This document shows, piece after piece, positions 25,693-37,333 of a DNA stretch of 64,000 nucleotides. Both the position numbers and the translations under genes were made by a program. A model generated the notes under the pieces. The model was not told the origin of the DNA. It worked only from the letters and a program-made list of their open reading frames with translations, and did not search any database. Numbering within the stretch: the first letter of the stretch is position 1; each line of letters starts with the position of its first letter. Source of the stretch: Nemertoderma westbladi (Eukaryota > Animalia > Xenacoelomorpha); assembly GCA_032718475.1 (NCBI GenBank), contig JAUCBJ010001489.1, forward strand, positions 1-64,000. The letters run 5' to 3'.

Positions 25693-26349
25693 TAAATGTG
25701 ATAAGGATTTTGTTTACCTTTATAGTCTGCGGTTAATAGTGGCTAGTAGGCCTATAATTAGTGATGTTAAGGCATGTTCCGGCCTTTCTCTGTGCCCTCT
25801 CAGTGTCAGACTAATGGCGCGACATCTCCCTGCACTAAATTAATTATTCAATGGTCTAGGCTCCTCCATCCATATACCCATCCACTCCCATACACACTCC
25901 ATGAATCTCCATGTGGTCTTGTATGTTGTTCTCTCTCTACCAATACAGCCCATGTCCGCAATGTTACGCCCTAGGGGCTCTCTCATCTACCTGATATAAG
26001 ACATATAGGCGGAGGCGCACTGCACACAAAGCTTTTGTTGGTCCCAGCAAGTAAGCCTCCTGCTGTGTGATCTAGAAGATAACTCGTCATTGAATTAATA
26101 TAGTCCAATCAGGTGACTTGATCAAATGTGTTTGCATATTATCACATTTGATGAAATCTGCTTTTTCTGGTGGCCTGTACTGTAGAAGTAATTGGTACCC
26201 TCAATAATTCATTTAGTTTAATTTTGTTCACGAGCTGAAATATTTTATATGCTAGAAGTATTTTGTACATAATTTGAGTTTGATAATATTGATTGAGATA
26301 TTTTACATGCCAGGTGTCTTTCTTTTCACGGTTTGAGTCTTACAATCAA

Positions 26350-26835
26350 GGTTTCGAATCGTACAAATAGTTTCAAATTCCGCTCTAACTCAGACGTACC
26401 ACTTTAGCATGAGGCACATGTTTGTGGCACTTGGCACAAGATACAAATATATCTACTGCTAGATAGAAATTTGCAATTTTCATTATTTACAGGATTTCAA
26501 AGGTGCTGATACGATTGCAAATAGTTTCCGATCCCGCTGTTCCATAATTGTGCCACTTTAGTATGTGGCACATGTTTGTGGCACATGGTATACAATATCA
26601 AAATTTATCCTGCTAGACAAAAATTGACAATTTTCAGTACTTATGGGTTTTCAAGGATGCTTATACGATTGAAAATAGTTTAAAATTCCGCTATCACACA
26701 TATGTGCCAGTTTAGCATGTGACACATGTTTGTGGCACATGGCTCCATGGCACAAAATGTCAAAATCTATACTGCTAGACAGAAATTGAGAGAATTTTTG
26801 GGTATTTACCGGATTTCAAGGGTGCTGATTCTATT
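26350..26835. repeat. Three degenerate ~160-bp tandem units
   Basis: ccactttagcatgtggcacatgtttgtggcacatgg recurs at ~26399, 26553 and 26707. Confidence 0.75.
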
Positions 26836-27899
26836 AAAACTTGTCAATTGTCCATCTCATTTATAAGTGCTATTTTTGGAAAGTACCAACAGTGAAATTC
26901 TTCAATTTTGGTATTGCTATCAATATTTGGATGTCATTTTTGGTCCTTTTTGGCAAATTGGGGCAACCCAGTTTAGCAATAATTTTGTTGTATACATGTT
27001 GATCTTTCATTTGAATGGCTGCTTGGGGCGTAGCAAAGCCTAGCAAAAAAAAATTTTTGATGTGCCAACTTATTTATATAACTATTTTATAATATCATTG
27101 TTTAAATTTTAGATTGATATGCTAGCTACTCATAATGGCGCAGTATGTAAAGGCATATATGGCCTTTATCATAAGTGCCCATGTTTTCACGGAAACTTAT
27201 CAAATCACAAAGTATGGGTATTAGAATGTGACTTAGTACTTCCAAATTTACCTTTGGATGCTGACAGAAAAGATTTGAGATTAAATGCATTCAAATCCAA
27301 TGACTTTACCATGTTCATTGGGAATGCTGCAATGAATGTTAGTTAATTTTATTAATAAAAGTTTTAAAAATTAATAAATTATTTTACAGTTGTTTTTTTT
27401 GATCATCGACATGAAATTTTATGGAAATTTTGACGCTTGTCGATATTACGATAGTATTTTGGTTTGTCTGTTTCTCCGTTAGTATGTTTTTGTTAAACTA
27501 TTTATTTATATTATATTTATCACCCTCTCCCCTACCTCCCACCATTATTGTCGAGAAACTTTATGTATGACTGTCCAGTTGCGAAAATGTTGAAGTATGT
27601 ATGATTTTGGTGTATAATTTATGTACTAGTAGCCTCACCTAACTTTTGAGATATGTGTGAATATACCCCTTTCAAATGTAGAATTATGTCACTACAATTC
27701 CTTCCCATCTCCTCCCCATTTTTTGAGTTAGGATATTTCCAACTACAATTTCCCTTTATGTGTTACTGCTGTGGTAGATCCAAATACATACCGTATTCGG
27801 TATGTATACGCATATTGTTGATATGTCTGACAAAATTAAATATAATATGTCTAATAGAATCCACATAATCAAGACATGTTTGTTCATACACACGACAGT

Positions 27900-28492
27900 G
27901 CTATGGTGATGCTTGTTTCCAGTTTCTTCTGCGTTAGCAAAGAACTGGTTACTTGACAGGCAGAAGGAGCGCAGCCTGGCGTCTAATTACGGAACTGTAA
28001 GTAAATAAACATTCCTCTGACATTGTTCAAGGACTTGGGGAACTCCTTGTTCAGGGAACATCAAAAGCTGCTACAACAGCCTTTCAACGTGAACCACCTG
28101 TCCCTGAGGTAAATATCGCCCCAGCTGTACTGACAGAGGGCATTGAAGAATTGCCCACGACACCACCACATCTTCCCCAGGCTCAGAAAGACAGTATTAT
28201 TTTAGTGGCAAGAATGCTTAGAGCCGAAACGAAATTGATAGAATTTGGTTTGGGGCCAGATGAAGCTGTAATGAGGCGGCGGTGCCCAGTTTGCCACCGA
28301 TATTTTACTGCCGAACATGGAGCACCAGATGGACAAGTACATCGGAACATCGCTGTGGGGAATGAAGCCAGCAGCATTTGGTGTCCCTACACAGATGACC
28401 TATCGATTCTCTCTCTTTACGAATGTCAAAAGAGAGAGCGCATGTTACAGCGTAAGAAACGCTATAACGCAAAAAAAATTAAAAAGGAATAA
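27900..28492 (+). pseudogene. C-terminal fragment with C-x2-C...H...WCP zinc finger, probably from a DNA transposon
   Basis: RRRCPVCHRYF...GQVHRN...IWCPY followed by a basic tail. Confidence 0.35.
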
Positions 28493-28510
28493 ATCATCTA
28501 TCTCAAGAAC

Positions 28511-28606
28511 CTGTGGCCTAGTGGTTGTAGTCTCGGCTTCCCCCTCGAGGTCCCAGGTTCGAATCCGACACCATGCTGATGAGACCCCCCAGTAAGGTCG
28601 AAACGG
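28511..28606 (+). ncRNA. tRNA-derived SINE head followed by a partial hammerhead ribozyme core
   Basis: A box tggcctagtgg 28514-28524; B box ggttcgaatcc 28556-28566; CTGATGA-GACC(ccccagtaa)GGTC-GAAAC 28576-28604. Confidence 0.7.
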
Positions 28607-28739
28607 AGAGATATGAGATATTAATTTCAAGAAAAATTACGCGATTCCTAAAATTTGTACTCTACCCGGTTAAAAAGTACGCATGTGATGGGATTACTCC
28701 TATAATTGCGCCAATAAAAGATAAGTTATTTTCGGTAAA

Positions 28740-29795
28740 ATAAACTTATCATTCGAGGTTAGGCTATCAATAATCAAAAATCAGGGGCTAATAAAATGGC
28801 AGCTGGCTTTGAAATTAATACTCCATATCTCAACTTCAAACTTAGTTACCTTCTTTAACTTTCTTTTGGAACCAAACAAAATACTTTCAGTCTTACCGTA
28901 GTGAATGGATAGCTTATTATCAACCAACCACTCATTACAGGATTCTAGAACTGCAGTTAACTTTTGGGAAATATGGATAGGATCTTTATGAGAGAAAATA
29001 AGAGCACTGTCGTCGGCATATAAAATGAGTTTAAAATCGGGATTTATACTACTTATCATATCATTTACACAGAACGTTCTAGAATTTTAGATACAATACT
29101 TAAGATACTAACAGGTCTGTAATTACAGGGTTCTACTTTACTATTCTTTTTATACAGAGGAACAACCTTAGCTAATTTCAGTTCGTCTGGTACTACATTA
29201 TCTACGATAGAGTAATTAATAATACAAGTAATAGGCACTTTAAGTACTTCAGCACCATCCTTAAGAAAACGGGCAGGTATTAGGTCTAGACCGGTACTTT
29301 TTGAGGCTGAGAGGCTAAGTAGATTTTGAAAAACGAAATCCTCAGAAACGGGTTTTAAAAATAACTTTTCTGAATTTTGTAACTTTTCTTAATAAAAATT
29401 ATTTAGAGTTTCGGACCCTATACTATATTTATACTTGATAACGGTAACTTCTTAACTAAATTAGAGGCAACATTAGTAAAATAATTATTAAATAAATTAC
29501 TAATTAGAGTATGATCATGAATCAGCACACTGTTATCTTGCAGAACAATATTCGATTTAGATTTAAGGTTTTTATAAACTAAAGATTTTAGGGTAGACCA
29601 TAGACTTTTAGGATTATCTTTATTCTCACTTATTTTGTTATACAAATATTCAGATTTAGCTTTTTTTATTTCCCATTGGACAAGGTTTCTATATTTGCAG
29701 TAATTATTATAATCAGCTAAAACACGGTATTTCCTAAATTTATACAAATAGTTATCTCTTTCTCTGATATTATTAAGAATACCCGAGGTCATCCA
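28740..29795 (-). mobile_element. CR1/L2-group LINE RT fragment with an internal deletion
   Basis: WMTSGI; KSTGLDLIPARFLK; AKVVPLYKK..NYRPVSILSIVSKILE jumps directly to NDM...LYADD; KTESILFG. Confidence 0.88.
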
Positions 29796-30407
29796 GTAAG
29801 CAACCGAGGGTGGACTCTCTATAGCCGAGGGGCACTTGTATAATAACTAATAATCACGAACCCCGTCCTCTTATAATATACACCTAACTCTGCAGTAGTC
29901 AGTAGTAGTAGTAATAGTAGTTATGTAGTAGTGGTAGTAAGTAGAATAAGAGTGAGAAAGAGAGAGAGAAAGAGAGAGACTGAGAGGGAGTAGAATAGAA
30001 TAAGATGCGGATTCATAATTATTCAAACTCATGTACTACTTACTTCAATGTGCCAATTGTAATAATAATTAAACATTACTCTGATTACGCTGGGTTTGGC
30101 CCCATAAGATATTATACTGACGTATTAATATTAATATATCCATTCGAGTAAACAAGAAGTGAAGTAAATGTTTATTATTATAGTTTTAAAAATTGAATGA
30201 TATACCCAAGATAGTGAAATAGATAATATACCAGAAATTGCCATTTGATCAGATGTATCAAAGCGGCGTCTTTAGTATAATACAATTCATTTTGTTATAC
30301 AATTTAAATATAGTAAATCTATTTATAAATATATAATGTAAAGATGATAGAAAAAAATAAAGTATTGAGGGTCTTTAGCTGGTTATATTATATTAGATAA
30401 AGATACA

Positions 30408-30447
30408 ATAGTAAACGTTTTCGACCTACCGGTCTGCATCAGACTAT
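30408..30447 (-). ncRNA. Minimal type I hammerhead ribozyme in the inverted pLTR
   Basis: Reverse complement of 34422-34461. Confidence 0.7.
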
Positions 30448-30870
30448 GTACTGGCAACTAACAGGAAAAGGTGGGGGGGTCTATATATATATATAAGTTT
30501 TAAAGGGGAATACCTGATAGGTGAATCCCAGAAAGGTTAACGTGTATGTATGTACTGTATAACGTAAGGTAATTGTGATAGGGAAAGTACACCGAGTTAG
30601 TTGTAAGCTGTCAATCTAAAGTACAAATATAGGGTTGCAGGTTGGGTTATAAGGTTGGGAGAAGTTGATAGGGAAATCCCAGGAGTGGTCATGTGTCTAC
30701 ATACTGAATGGTATAATTGGATTAGGTAGGTTACAATAATGGAGCAACCACCAACGACCCAGGAGCACACACCAACTCAAAGGACGCCAACAACAAACTA
30801 ATCAGACAACTCAACAAATCTTTAAAAACACCCCCGTCGAGCCCTACCACCGAAAAGCGATGACGAAATA

Positions 30871-33800
30871 GTGGAAGCTCTCATCGCCGAACTACACCGT
30901 GACGTAGACCGAACACCCAATGTCTCCCCCAAAAATGTGCCTCAGGACAACCTTACGAAACAACAACGAACTGTCCTCAAATCACTCAAGTCAAACACTA
31001 ACATTCGTATCTGTAGGGGCGATAAATCTGGTAACACTGTAATCCTAGATACCAATGACTATAAAAATGAATGCTTACGTATTCTAAGAGACCCTAACAC
31101 CTATACTACATTAACTAAAGACCCTACTAATAAATACAGAACACAACTTGACGCACTACTACAAACCTGTAATATCGACACCAAACACACACTACACCCA
31201 CTACTACTACCTAAACACCCTAAGATAGCGTACTTCTACTGCACTATTAAAGACCACAAGGACAGGGAATCATGGATAAACTGGGGCGACGGTAGACTCT
31301 TACCTAAGGGCAGACCTATAGTTGCCACCATGGGCACCCTTCTACACCCACTTTCCCGCTTTGCTAACGACCTTCTAGAACCCGCGGTCACTCGCCTGGA
31401 GTCTAACTTGAAAGGGACAGACGACTTCCTATCAGCCCTCCCTAGAGATATTGGACCCGACTGCACTCTGATTTCACTGGACGTAGTAGACATGTACACT
31501 AACATTACCCATGATGTAGGATGTAGGGCACTACGACAAGCACTCTCCGAGGACACGCACTTCACACAACAAACACTCATCTCATTAGATAACTTTATAC
31601 TACTCGTCCGATTTATACTTGAACATAACTACTTCACTTTTGATAACACACTATACCTTCAATTACGAGGCGCAGCCATGGGTAGCAGTTTCTCGAAAAA
31701 CTACGCTAGCCTAACCATATCTAGATTAGAGATACACTTCCTCCACATCCTGAACAACCCCATTAATAACTACCTAAACGCGAGTGTATCAAACAGACTC
31801 CCTAACACAACTAACCTGGATACTAACACACCCGATCTGGATCTAACCACCCCTACCAACCCGAGCTCAACAACCACTGATCCCAACACTACTAACAAGA
31901 CCAGATATAATCCTAGTATAACTCCCCTAAAATCTATCAAAAACACCCCTGAAACTCACAGAACTACCATAACTACCCATGTAACTAATACAACCACCCC
32001 TGAAACTAACATAACTACCCCCAAAACTACCCTAACTACCCATGAAACTAACATAACTACTCCTGATATTAACATAACTACCCCTGCAACTAACATAACT
32101 ACCCCTAAAACTAACATAACTACCCCTGAAACTACCATAAGTACCCACGAAACTAACATAACTACCCCTGAAACTAACGAAACTAACATAACTACCCCTG
32201 AAACTAACATAACTACCCCTGGAACTAACATAACTACCCCTGGAACTAACAGAACTACCCCTGGAACTAACATAACTACCCCTGAAACTACCATAAGTAC
32301 CCATGAAACTAACATAACTACCCCTGAAACTAACGAAACTAACATAACTACCCCTGAAACTACCATAAGTACCCATGAAACTAACATAACTACCCCTGAA
32401 ACTAACGAAACTAACATAACTACCCCTGAAACTACCATAAGTACCCATGAAACTAACATAACTACCCCTGATACTAACGAAACTAACATAACTACCCCTG
32501 AAACTACCATAAGTACCCATGGAACTAACATAACTACCCCTGGAACTAACAAAACTACCCCTGGAACTAATATAACTACCCCGGAACCTACCCCTTCCAC
32601 CCCAGTCTGTAATAATATAACTACCTCAGTAACTTATAAAACTAAACTAGCACCAAACACTACACCTAACCCCGTTTTCTCAGATCCAATAATAACGACC
32701 CCAATATCTAACCTTACACCTCCTGATTCCAACATCAATATTCCAGAAACTATCCTATCTATCTCAGATCCTAATATAACCATAACTAACGAAACTACCT
32801 CAACCTCGGATCCAAACATAACCCCCCCAGACGATAATACAACTTACCCTATTCCATTCTACAAACGGTTTGTTGACGACAGCTATGGTATAGTACAACG
32901 TATATTAAGTGAACAGGACATTCACAACATACAGAAAATCACTAACTCCGCTTGTAACGACTTATTCCAAAACTCTGATATACAATTCACCATTGAATAC
33001 TCCCACACATCACTCCCATTCCTTGACGTCTTGACACAGATTAACAACGAAACACTAACAACTACATTATACAAAAAACCAACTAGCAATAAACTCCCGA
33101 TTCACTACAATAGCTTCCATGATAAGAAATTACTACTATCCGTAATTCGTAGCCAACTCCTACGCATCCACCGCAGATGTAGCGAGTCTAACGACTATAC
33201 CAAACTCAGAGACGAATTCCTTGGCGAATGTCTACTCAGGCAGTACCCCCAGAACCTCCTTAACAAACTTAGACATTGGACTCCCCAAACTAGACCTAAA
33301 GACACTAACTCGAAACCCACATTTTACCTATCCACTAACCAACAGATGAAGGGCATATTCCAAAATACTGTACGTAGATACTCCAAAAACTACGATCTTG
33401 ACATCAACATTAATGTAGTCACGAAGAACCCCACATCACTAGGACAAATACTAACCAAAAATAAAACTCAATCGCAAACACACACAAATAACACCACTAA
33501 TGAGCCATGTAACTCTAGCCGCTGCCTTACATGCAAAACTATCACTAACATACAACAGACACCATGGGGTGAAAAGATAAAAGGACACTATACATGTAAG
33601 TCCCACACTGTATGTTACTTGGCCTGGTGCCACTGCCACCCTACTCTATACTACATAGGCCAAACGAGACAGAAACTTCACGAACGCTTTAATGGACACC
33701 GCAACAACATACGACACTACCCCTCACGAGCCAATGACGGAAAAACACACGAAGACATACTCCTAGCTAGGCACATATACGGTTGTGGTTTAGAAAATCT

Positions 33801-33912
33801 ACGCACCGCAACCATAAAACAATTCACAAACATACCCGAACTACTAGCGACGGAAGCTAACCTAATCTATACATACAACCCCCCACTTAACGTAGCAAGA
33901 CCAGCAATCTAA
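30871..33912 (+). CDS. Penelope-like RT plus GIY-YIG endonuclease ORF (1013 aa), 5'-truncated, with a large repeat insertion
   Basis: GDKSGNTVILD; IKDHK; GRPIV; SLDVVDMYTNI; GAAMGS; KRFVDD; LPFLDV; YKKPT; PC...RCLTC; VCYLAWC...YYIGQT...RFNGH; PPLN. Confidence 0.93.
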   Translation: MEALIAELHRDVDRTPNVSPKNVPQDNLTKQQRTVLKSLKSNTNIRICRGDKSGNTVILDTNDYKNECLRILRDPNTYTTLTKDPTNKYRTQLDALLQTCNIDTKHTLHPLLLPKHPKIAYFYCTIKDHKDRESWINWGDGRLLPKGRPIVATMGTLLHPLSRFANDLLEPAVTRLESNLKGTDDFLSALPRDIGPDCTLISLDVVDMYTNITHDVGCRALRQALSEDTHFTQQTLISLDNFILLVRFILEHNYFTFDNTLYLQLRGAAMGSSFSKNYASLTISRLEIHFLHILNNPINNYLNASVSNRLPNTTNLDTNTPDLDLTTPTNPSSTTTDPNTTNKTRYNPSITPLKSIKNTPETHRTTITTHVTNTTTPETNITTPKTTLTTHETNITTPDINITTPATNITTPKTNITTPETTISTHETNITTPETNETNITTPETNITTPGTNITTPGTNRTTPGTNITTPETTISTHETNITTPETNETNITTPETTISTHETNITTPETNETNITTPETTISTHETNITTPDTNETNITTPETTISTHGTNITTPGTNKTTPGTNITTPEPTPSTPVCNNITTSVTYKTKLAPNTTPNPVFSDPIITTPISNLTPPDSNINIPETILSISDPNITITNETTSTSDPNITPPDDNTTYPIPFYKRFVDDSYGIVQRILSEQDIHNIQKITNSACNDLFQNSDIQFTIEYSHTSLPFLDVLTQINNETLTTTLYKKPTSNKLPIHYNSFHDKKLLLSVIRSQLLRIHRRCSESNDYTKLRDEFLGECLLRQYPQNLLNKLRHWTPQTRPKDTNSKPTFYLSTNQQMKGIFQNTVRRYSKNYDLDININVVTKNPTSLGQILTKNKTQSQTHTNNTTNEPCNSSRCLTCKTITNIQQTPWGEKIKGHYTCKSHTVCYLAWCHCHPTLYYIGQTRQKLHERFNGHRNNIRHYPSRANDGKTHEDILLARHIYGCGLENLRTATIKQFTNIPELLATEANLIYTYNPPLNVARPAI
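31945..32590 (+). repeat. Coding minisatellite, 21-bp unit gaaactaacataactacccct (ETNITTP)
   Basis: About 30 units with 21- and 9-nt variants, all frame-preserving. Confidence 0.95.
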
Positions 33913-34421
33913 ACCCAATGTTTTATATAATACACCCTATATTCTATATCTTACACAACTACAGTGCCCTCTATAGCGAATTTCCGGGGTTTTATGTGCT
34001 TTTCCCCTACCTTCCTTTTTGTTTTTGTCTTGGTTTTTTCTGTTTCTTGTGATTTCTTACTCTGTAAAAATTACAGCTATCATTATGTTGCATTCTACCT
34101 AACCGTGCGCTTTAAGTAGATACCTCATAATCCTATGTAACCTACCTAATCCAATTATACCATTCAGTATGTAGACACATGACCATTCCTGGGATTTCCC
34201 TATCAACTTCTCCCAACCTTATAACCCAACCTGCAACCCTATATTTGTACTTTAGATTGACAGCTTACAACTAACTCGCTGTACTTTCCCTATCACAATT
34301 ACCTTACGTTATACAGTACATACATATACGTTAACCTTTCTGGGATTCACCTATCAGGTATTCCCCTTTAAAACTTATATATATATATAGACCCCCACCT
34401 TTTCCTGTTAGTTGCCAGTAC

Positions 34422-34461
34422 ATAGTCTGATGCAGACCGGTAGGTCGAAAACGTTTACTAT
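34422..34461 (+). ncRNA. Minimal type I hammerhead ribozyme in the 3' pLTR
   Basis: atagt-CTGATGCA-gacc(ggta)ggtc-GAA-aacgtt-t-actat: 5-bp stem I, 4-bp stem II, palindromic stem III. Confidence 0.75.
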
Positions 34462-35139
34462 TGTATCTTTATCTAATATAATATAACCAGCTAAAGACCC
34501 TCAATACTTTATTTTTTTATCATCTTTACACTATGCTGCCGCTGGTGAATGCCTACCACTTCATCCGTTCGTATAAATATATAATGAGCCTTACATTGTA
34601 TATTTATTCCACAGGTAGACAAAGTAGTATGTTAAAACTTGATATAATTTGGTATAATGTATAACATATTACAAATAACACTGAGGCAGCTAAACTATAT
34701 TGCAAAGAAATATAAAGTAATATACTAGACCCTCCCTCCACTCTATAAATAGTGTTCACCACCTACCCCACCCACCGCCCTTATTACTTCATAATAATGA
34801 AAGAAAGTACTGGCGCTCCGGTCACTCCGTTCCCTCTGCTGGGGTGGTTAAGTAGTAGGTTTTGACACTATGCAATGCGTTAGAAGCGCATTGGATAGGC
34901 GAACATTTCTTGCAGTGAAAGTATTTCCATACCTATTATAGTTTTCGAGATAGTCAGACATGAGTAGCTAAAATTTGAATTTTTTTTTGGTAAAGTCTGA
35001 TTTCACCGGTACCTATCATCCGAAATATGGATTGTGATATATCGTTAGATGCGGGTCTACTAACTGTACGTTCACATATTTTCAAGGAAAAAATTCGATC
35101 AAGGGTTTTCGAAATATTTTCGAATTACCGGAAGCAGAC

Positions 35140-36130
35140 TTTGGACGACCATATCTCCGGTACCGGTAGGCCTATTGAGTCGAATTTTTTTTAATCTACT
35201 TAGAAGACTCCAGTGAATGTTTTTTAGTTTGAAAGTTTTGCCCCAAAATGCTTAGAAGTAATTTCGAAAAAACTGATCATTTCGCGATCATGATCTTTTG
35301 ACCCCCTAGAATTGTACTTTTTTATGGTCAAATTTTGGCTACCCCCCCTAATTCGAGGGTGAGGAATCTTTTTGTAATGTTAAGTTTTTTCATACGGTGA
35401 ACTCACAGGACTTGGTCTTCGAAATAAAACCGAAAACATGATCTTTCCTGATCATGGCCTGATCAAATCGCTTTTTGAAAATTTCGAAATGCTCAAAAGT
35501 TGCCCCTTCTTAATAGAAGTCGATTAGTAAAAAAAAATCGGGGGTCTCAAACAAAATTTTCGAGAAAATTGGGAAAAACCGAAAAACACGATCTTTTATG
35601 ATCAGGTATCAGATCTCGAGAACTGGTTGTCCGACCGAGCCAATTTTTTTTAATCAACTCAGAAAGACCATTGAACATTTCTTACAATGAATGTTTATAA
35701 AAAAAATGCTTAGATTAGATTTTAAATATACTGATCTTTTCGCGATCATGATCTTGAGTTTTGACCCACTAGACTTGAACTTTTTTATGCCCAAATTTTG
35801 GCTACCCCCCATAATTCGAGGGTGAGGAATCTTTTTGTGATGTTAAGTTTTTCCATACGGTGAACTCCCAGGACTTGGTCTTCGAAATATAACCGAAAAC
35901 ACAATCTTTTCTGATCGTGGCCTGATCAAATCGCTTTTTGAAAATTTCGAAATGCTCAAAAGTTGCCCCTTTATCATAGAAGTTGATTCGTAAAAAAAAA
36001 TCGGGGGTCTCAAACAGAGTTTTCGAGAAAATTCGAAAAAACCGAAAAACACGATCTTTAATGATCAGGTATCAGATCTCGAGAACCGGTTGTCCGATCG
36101 AGCCAATTTTTTTTTTAATCGACTCAGGGC
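35140..36130. repeat. Tandem duplication, ~470-bp period
   Basis: 35287-35660 and 35744-36125 are near-identical. Confidence 0.9.
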
Positions 36131-36269
36131 GTTCTGAACGCTTCCTTCAAATATCCAAAATGCTTAGTTACACCAGTGACAAAGTTGACCAGTTACCAGT
36201 CACCAGTGACCAGTTCACAGTGACAAAGACTATACAAACATTATTGTCAAGATAACCCTTTTAAAAGTT

Positions 36270-36560
36270 AGATATGGTGATTTTGTGATTGTACCGTTTG
36301 AGGGGGCCTGGTTTTTGGCTGTCGTACATGATGTAAATTTAAATGAACATCAGGATAATGTGGAATACAATGTTAAATTTATGGCTCCCCCAGGCCCATC
36401 TACTCACTTCTGGTGGCCAAGCAGTATAGAGCATGGCATATATCCTATGAATGAGATAATTTGTAAATTGTCTTCTCCAGCCCTTCCTATCTCTGATAGA
36501 CGATTTGTAATACCAAAGGAGACAGAAATAATTGCTGTATGTTCAAAACTGCGACTCTAA
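36270..36560 (+). pseudogene. C-terminal domain fragment resembling DDE transposase tails (Sola-like)
   Basis: GDFVIVPFEGAWFLAVV...VKFMAPPGPSTHFWWP...IICKL; resemblance only. Confidence 0.4.
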
Positions 36561-37162
36561 TTTTCATATCATATTGGTTCTGGGTCCACCAGATCATATT
36601 TTCTATTACTCATAGTACATATGTGCTCTGTACTGTATTACGACTTACTGTGTTAGCCTTTTCAGGTTAGCATGCATTTCAAGTTTAAGTATAAATTCTA
36701 GATATATCTGGATGGAATTTTGATGTCCCATTCCTGACAGAGTCATAATCTTAATTTCTCCAAAAGTATAACATATTCTGAATAAAATTTTTCTTTACAA
36801 CTGAAGGTAAGTTATCCAGGATGTCATAAAAACATGAAAGTATGGCCATTAATAAACGAATTGTAATTATTTGTTCTTCTGAAACCCTCTCCAAATGTCC
36901 CATTCCTGACATGGAATTTCCGTATAATGACTGACCATTAGAACTCACAGTCACAAGTCCCTAAAAGCAGTAGGAGGGTTCCCTATCCCCCAAATTGATT
37001 TGAGCCGGATATATAAATGTATCCCGATCCAAATATATTAACAATAACTAGACACTTAGAGAGTAAGCCTGTTGTGCACCTTTTCGGAACTTGTTTAGAA
37101 CTCCAAAAGTTTAGGTTAATTTAGAAAAAAGTTGAAATCTCAACTCATTTGAAAATGGAACT

Positions 37163-37215
37163 TGATAGGGATGTTACCCTGATAGGGATGTTACCCTGAT
37201 AGGGATGTTACAGTA
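37163..37215. repeat. Three copies of tgatagggatgttac ending in cagta; possible transposon terminus
   Basis: Direct repeat visible in sequence. Confidence 0.6.
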
Positions 37216-37333
37216 TTTATTACAACTCACCTGCCACTTACTTCACGTTTACTAGTCTGTAATTATATACCGTAGTTGTCATCACCATTGCAAATAATAA
37301 CATAAGAATTAGAAGGACTAATTATTCTTTACC

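Larger units (their letters stand above)
30337..34571 (+). mobile_element. Penelope-like element with inverted 5' pLTR, 3' pLTR, 3' tail and TSD
   Basis: 30337-30735 is the reverse complement of 34136-34530; unpaired ~40-nt tail 34531-34571; tataaatatataatg duplicated at 30324-30338 and 34572-34586. Confidence 0.93.

Noticed and set aside
25396-25695. Repetitive 99-aa ORF or CRISPR-like array
   Set aside because: Minisatellite with no unique spacers and no cas genes; eukaryotic context
28511-28572. Functional tRNA gene
   Set aside because: No convincing acceptor stem or terminator; better explained as a SINE head
31956-32600. Antisense Val-rich and Ser/Gly-rich ORFs
   Set aside because: Shadow frames of the Penelope minisatellite
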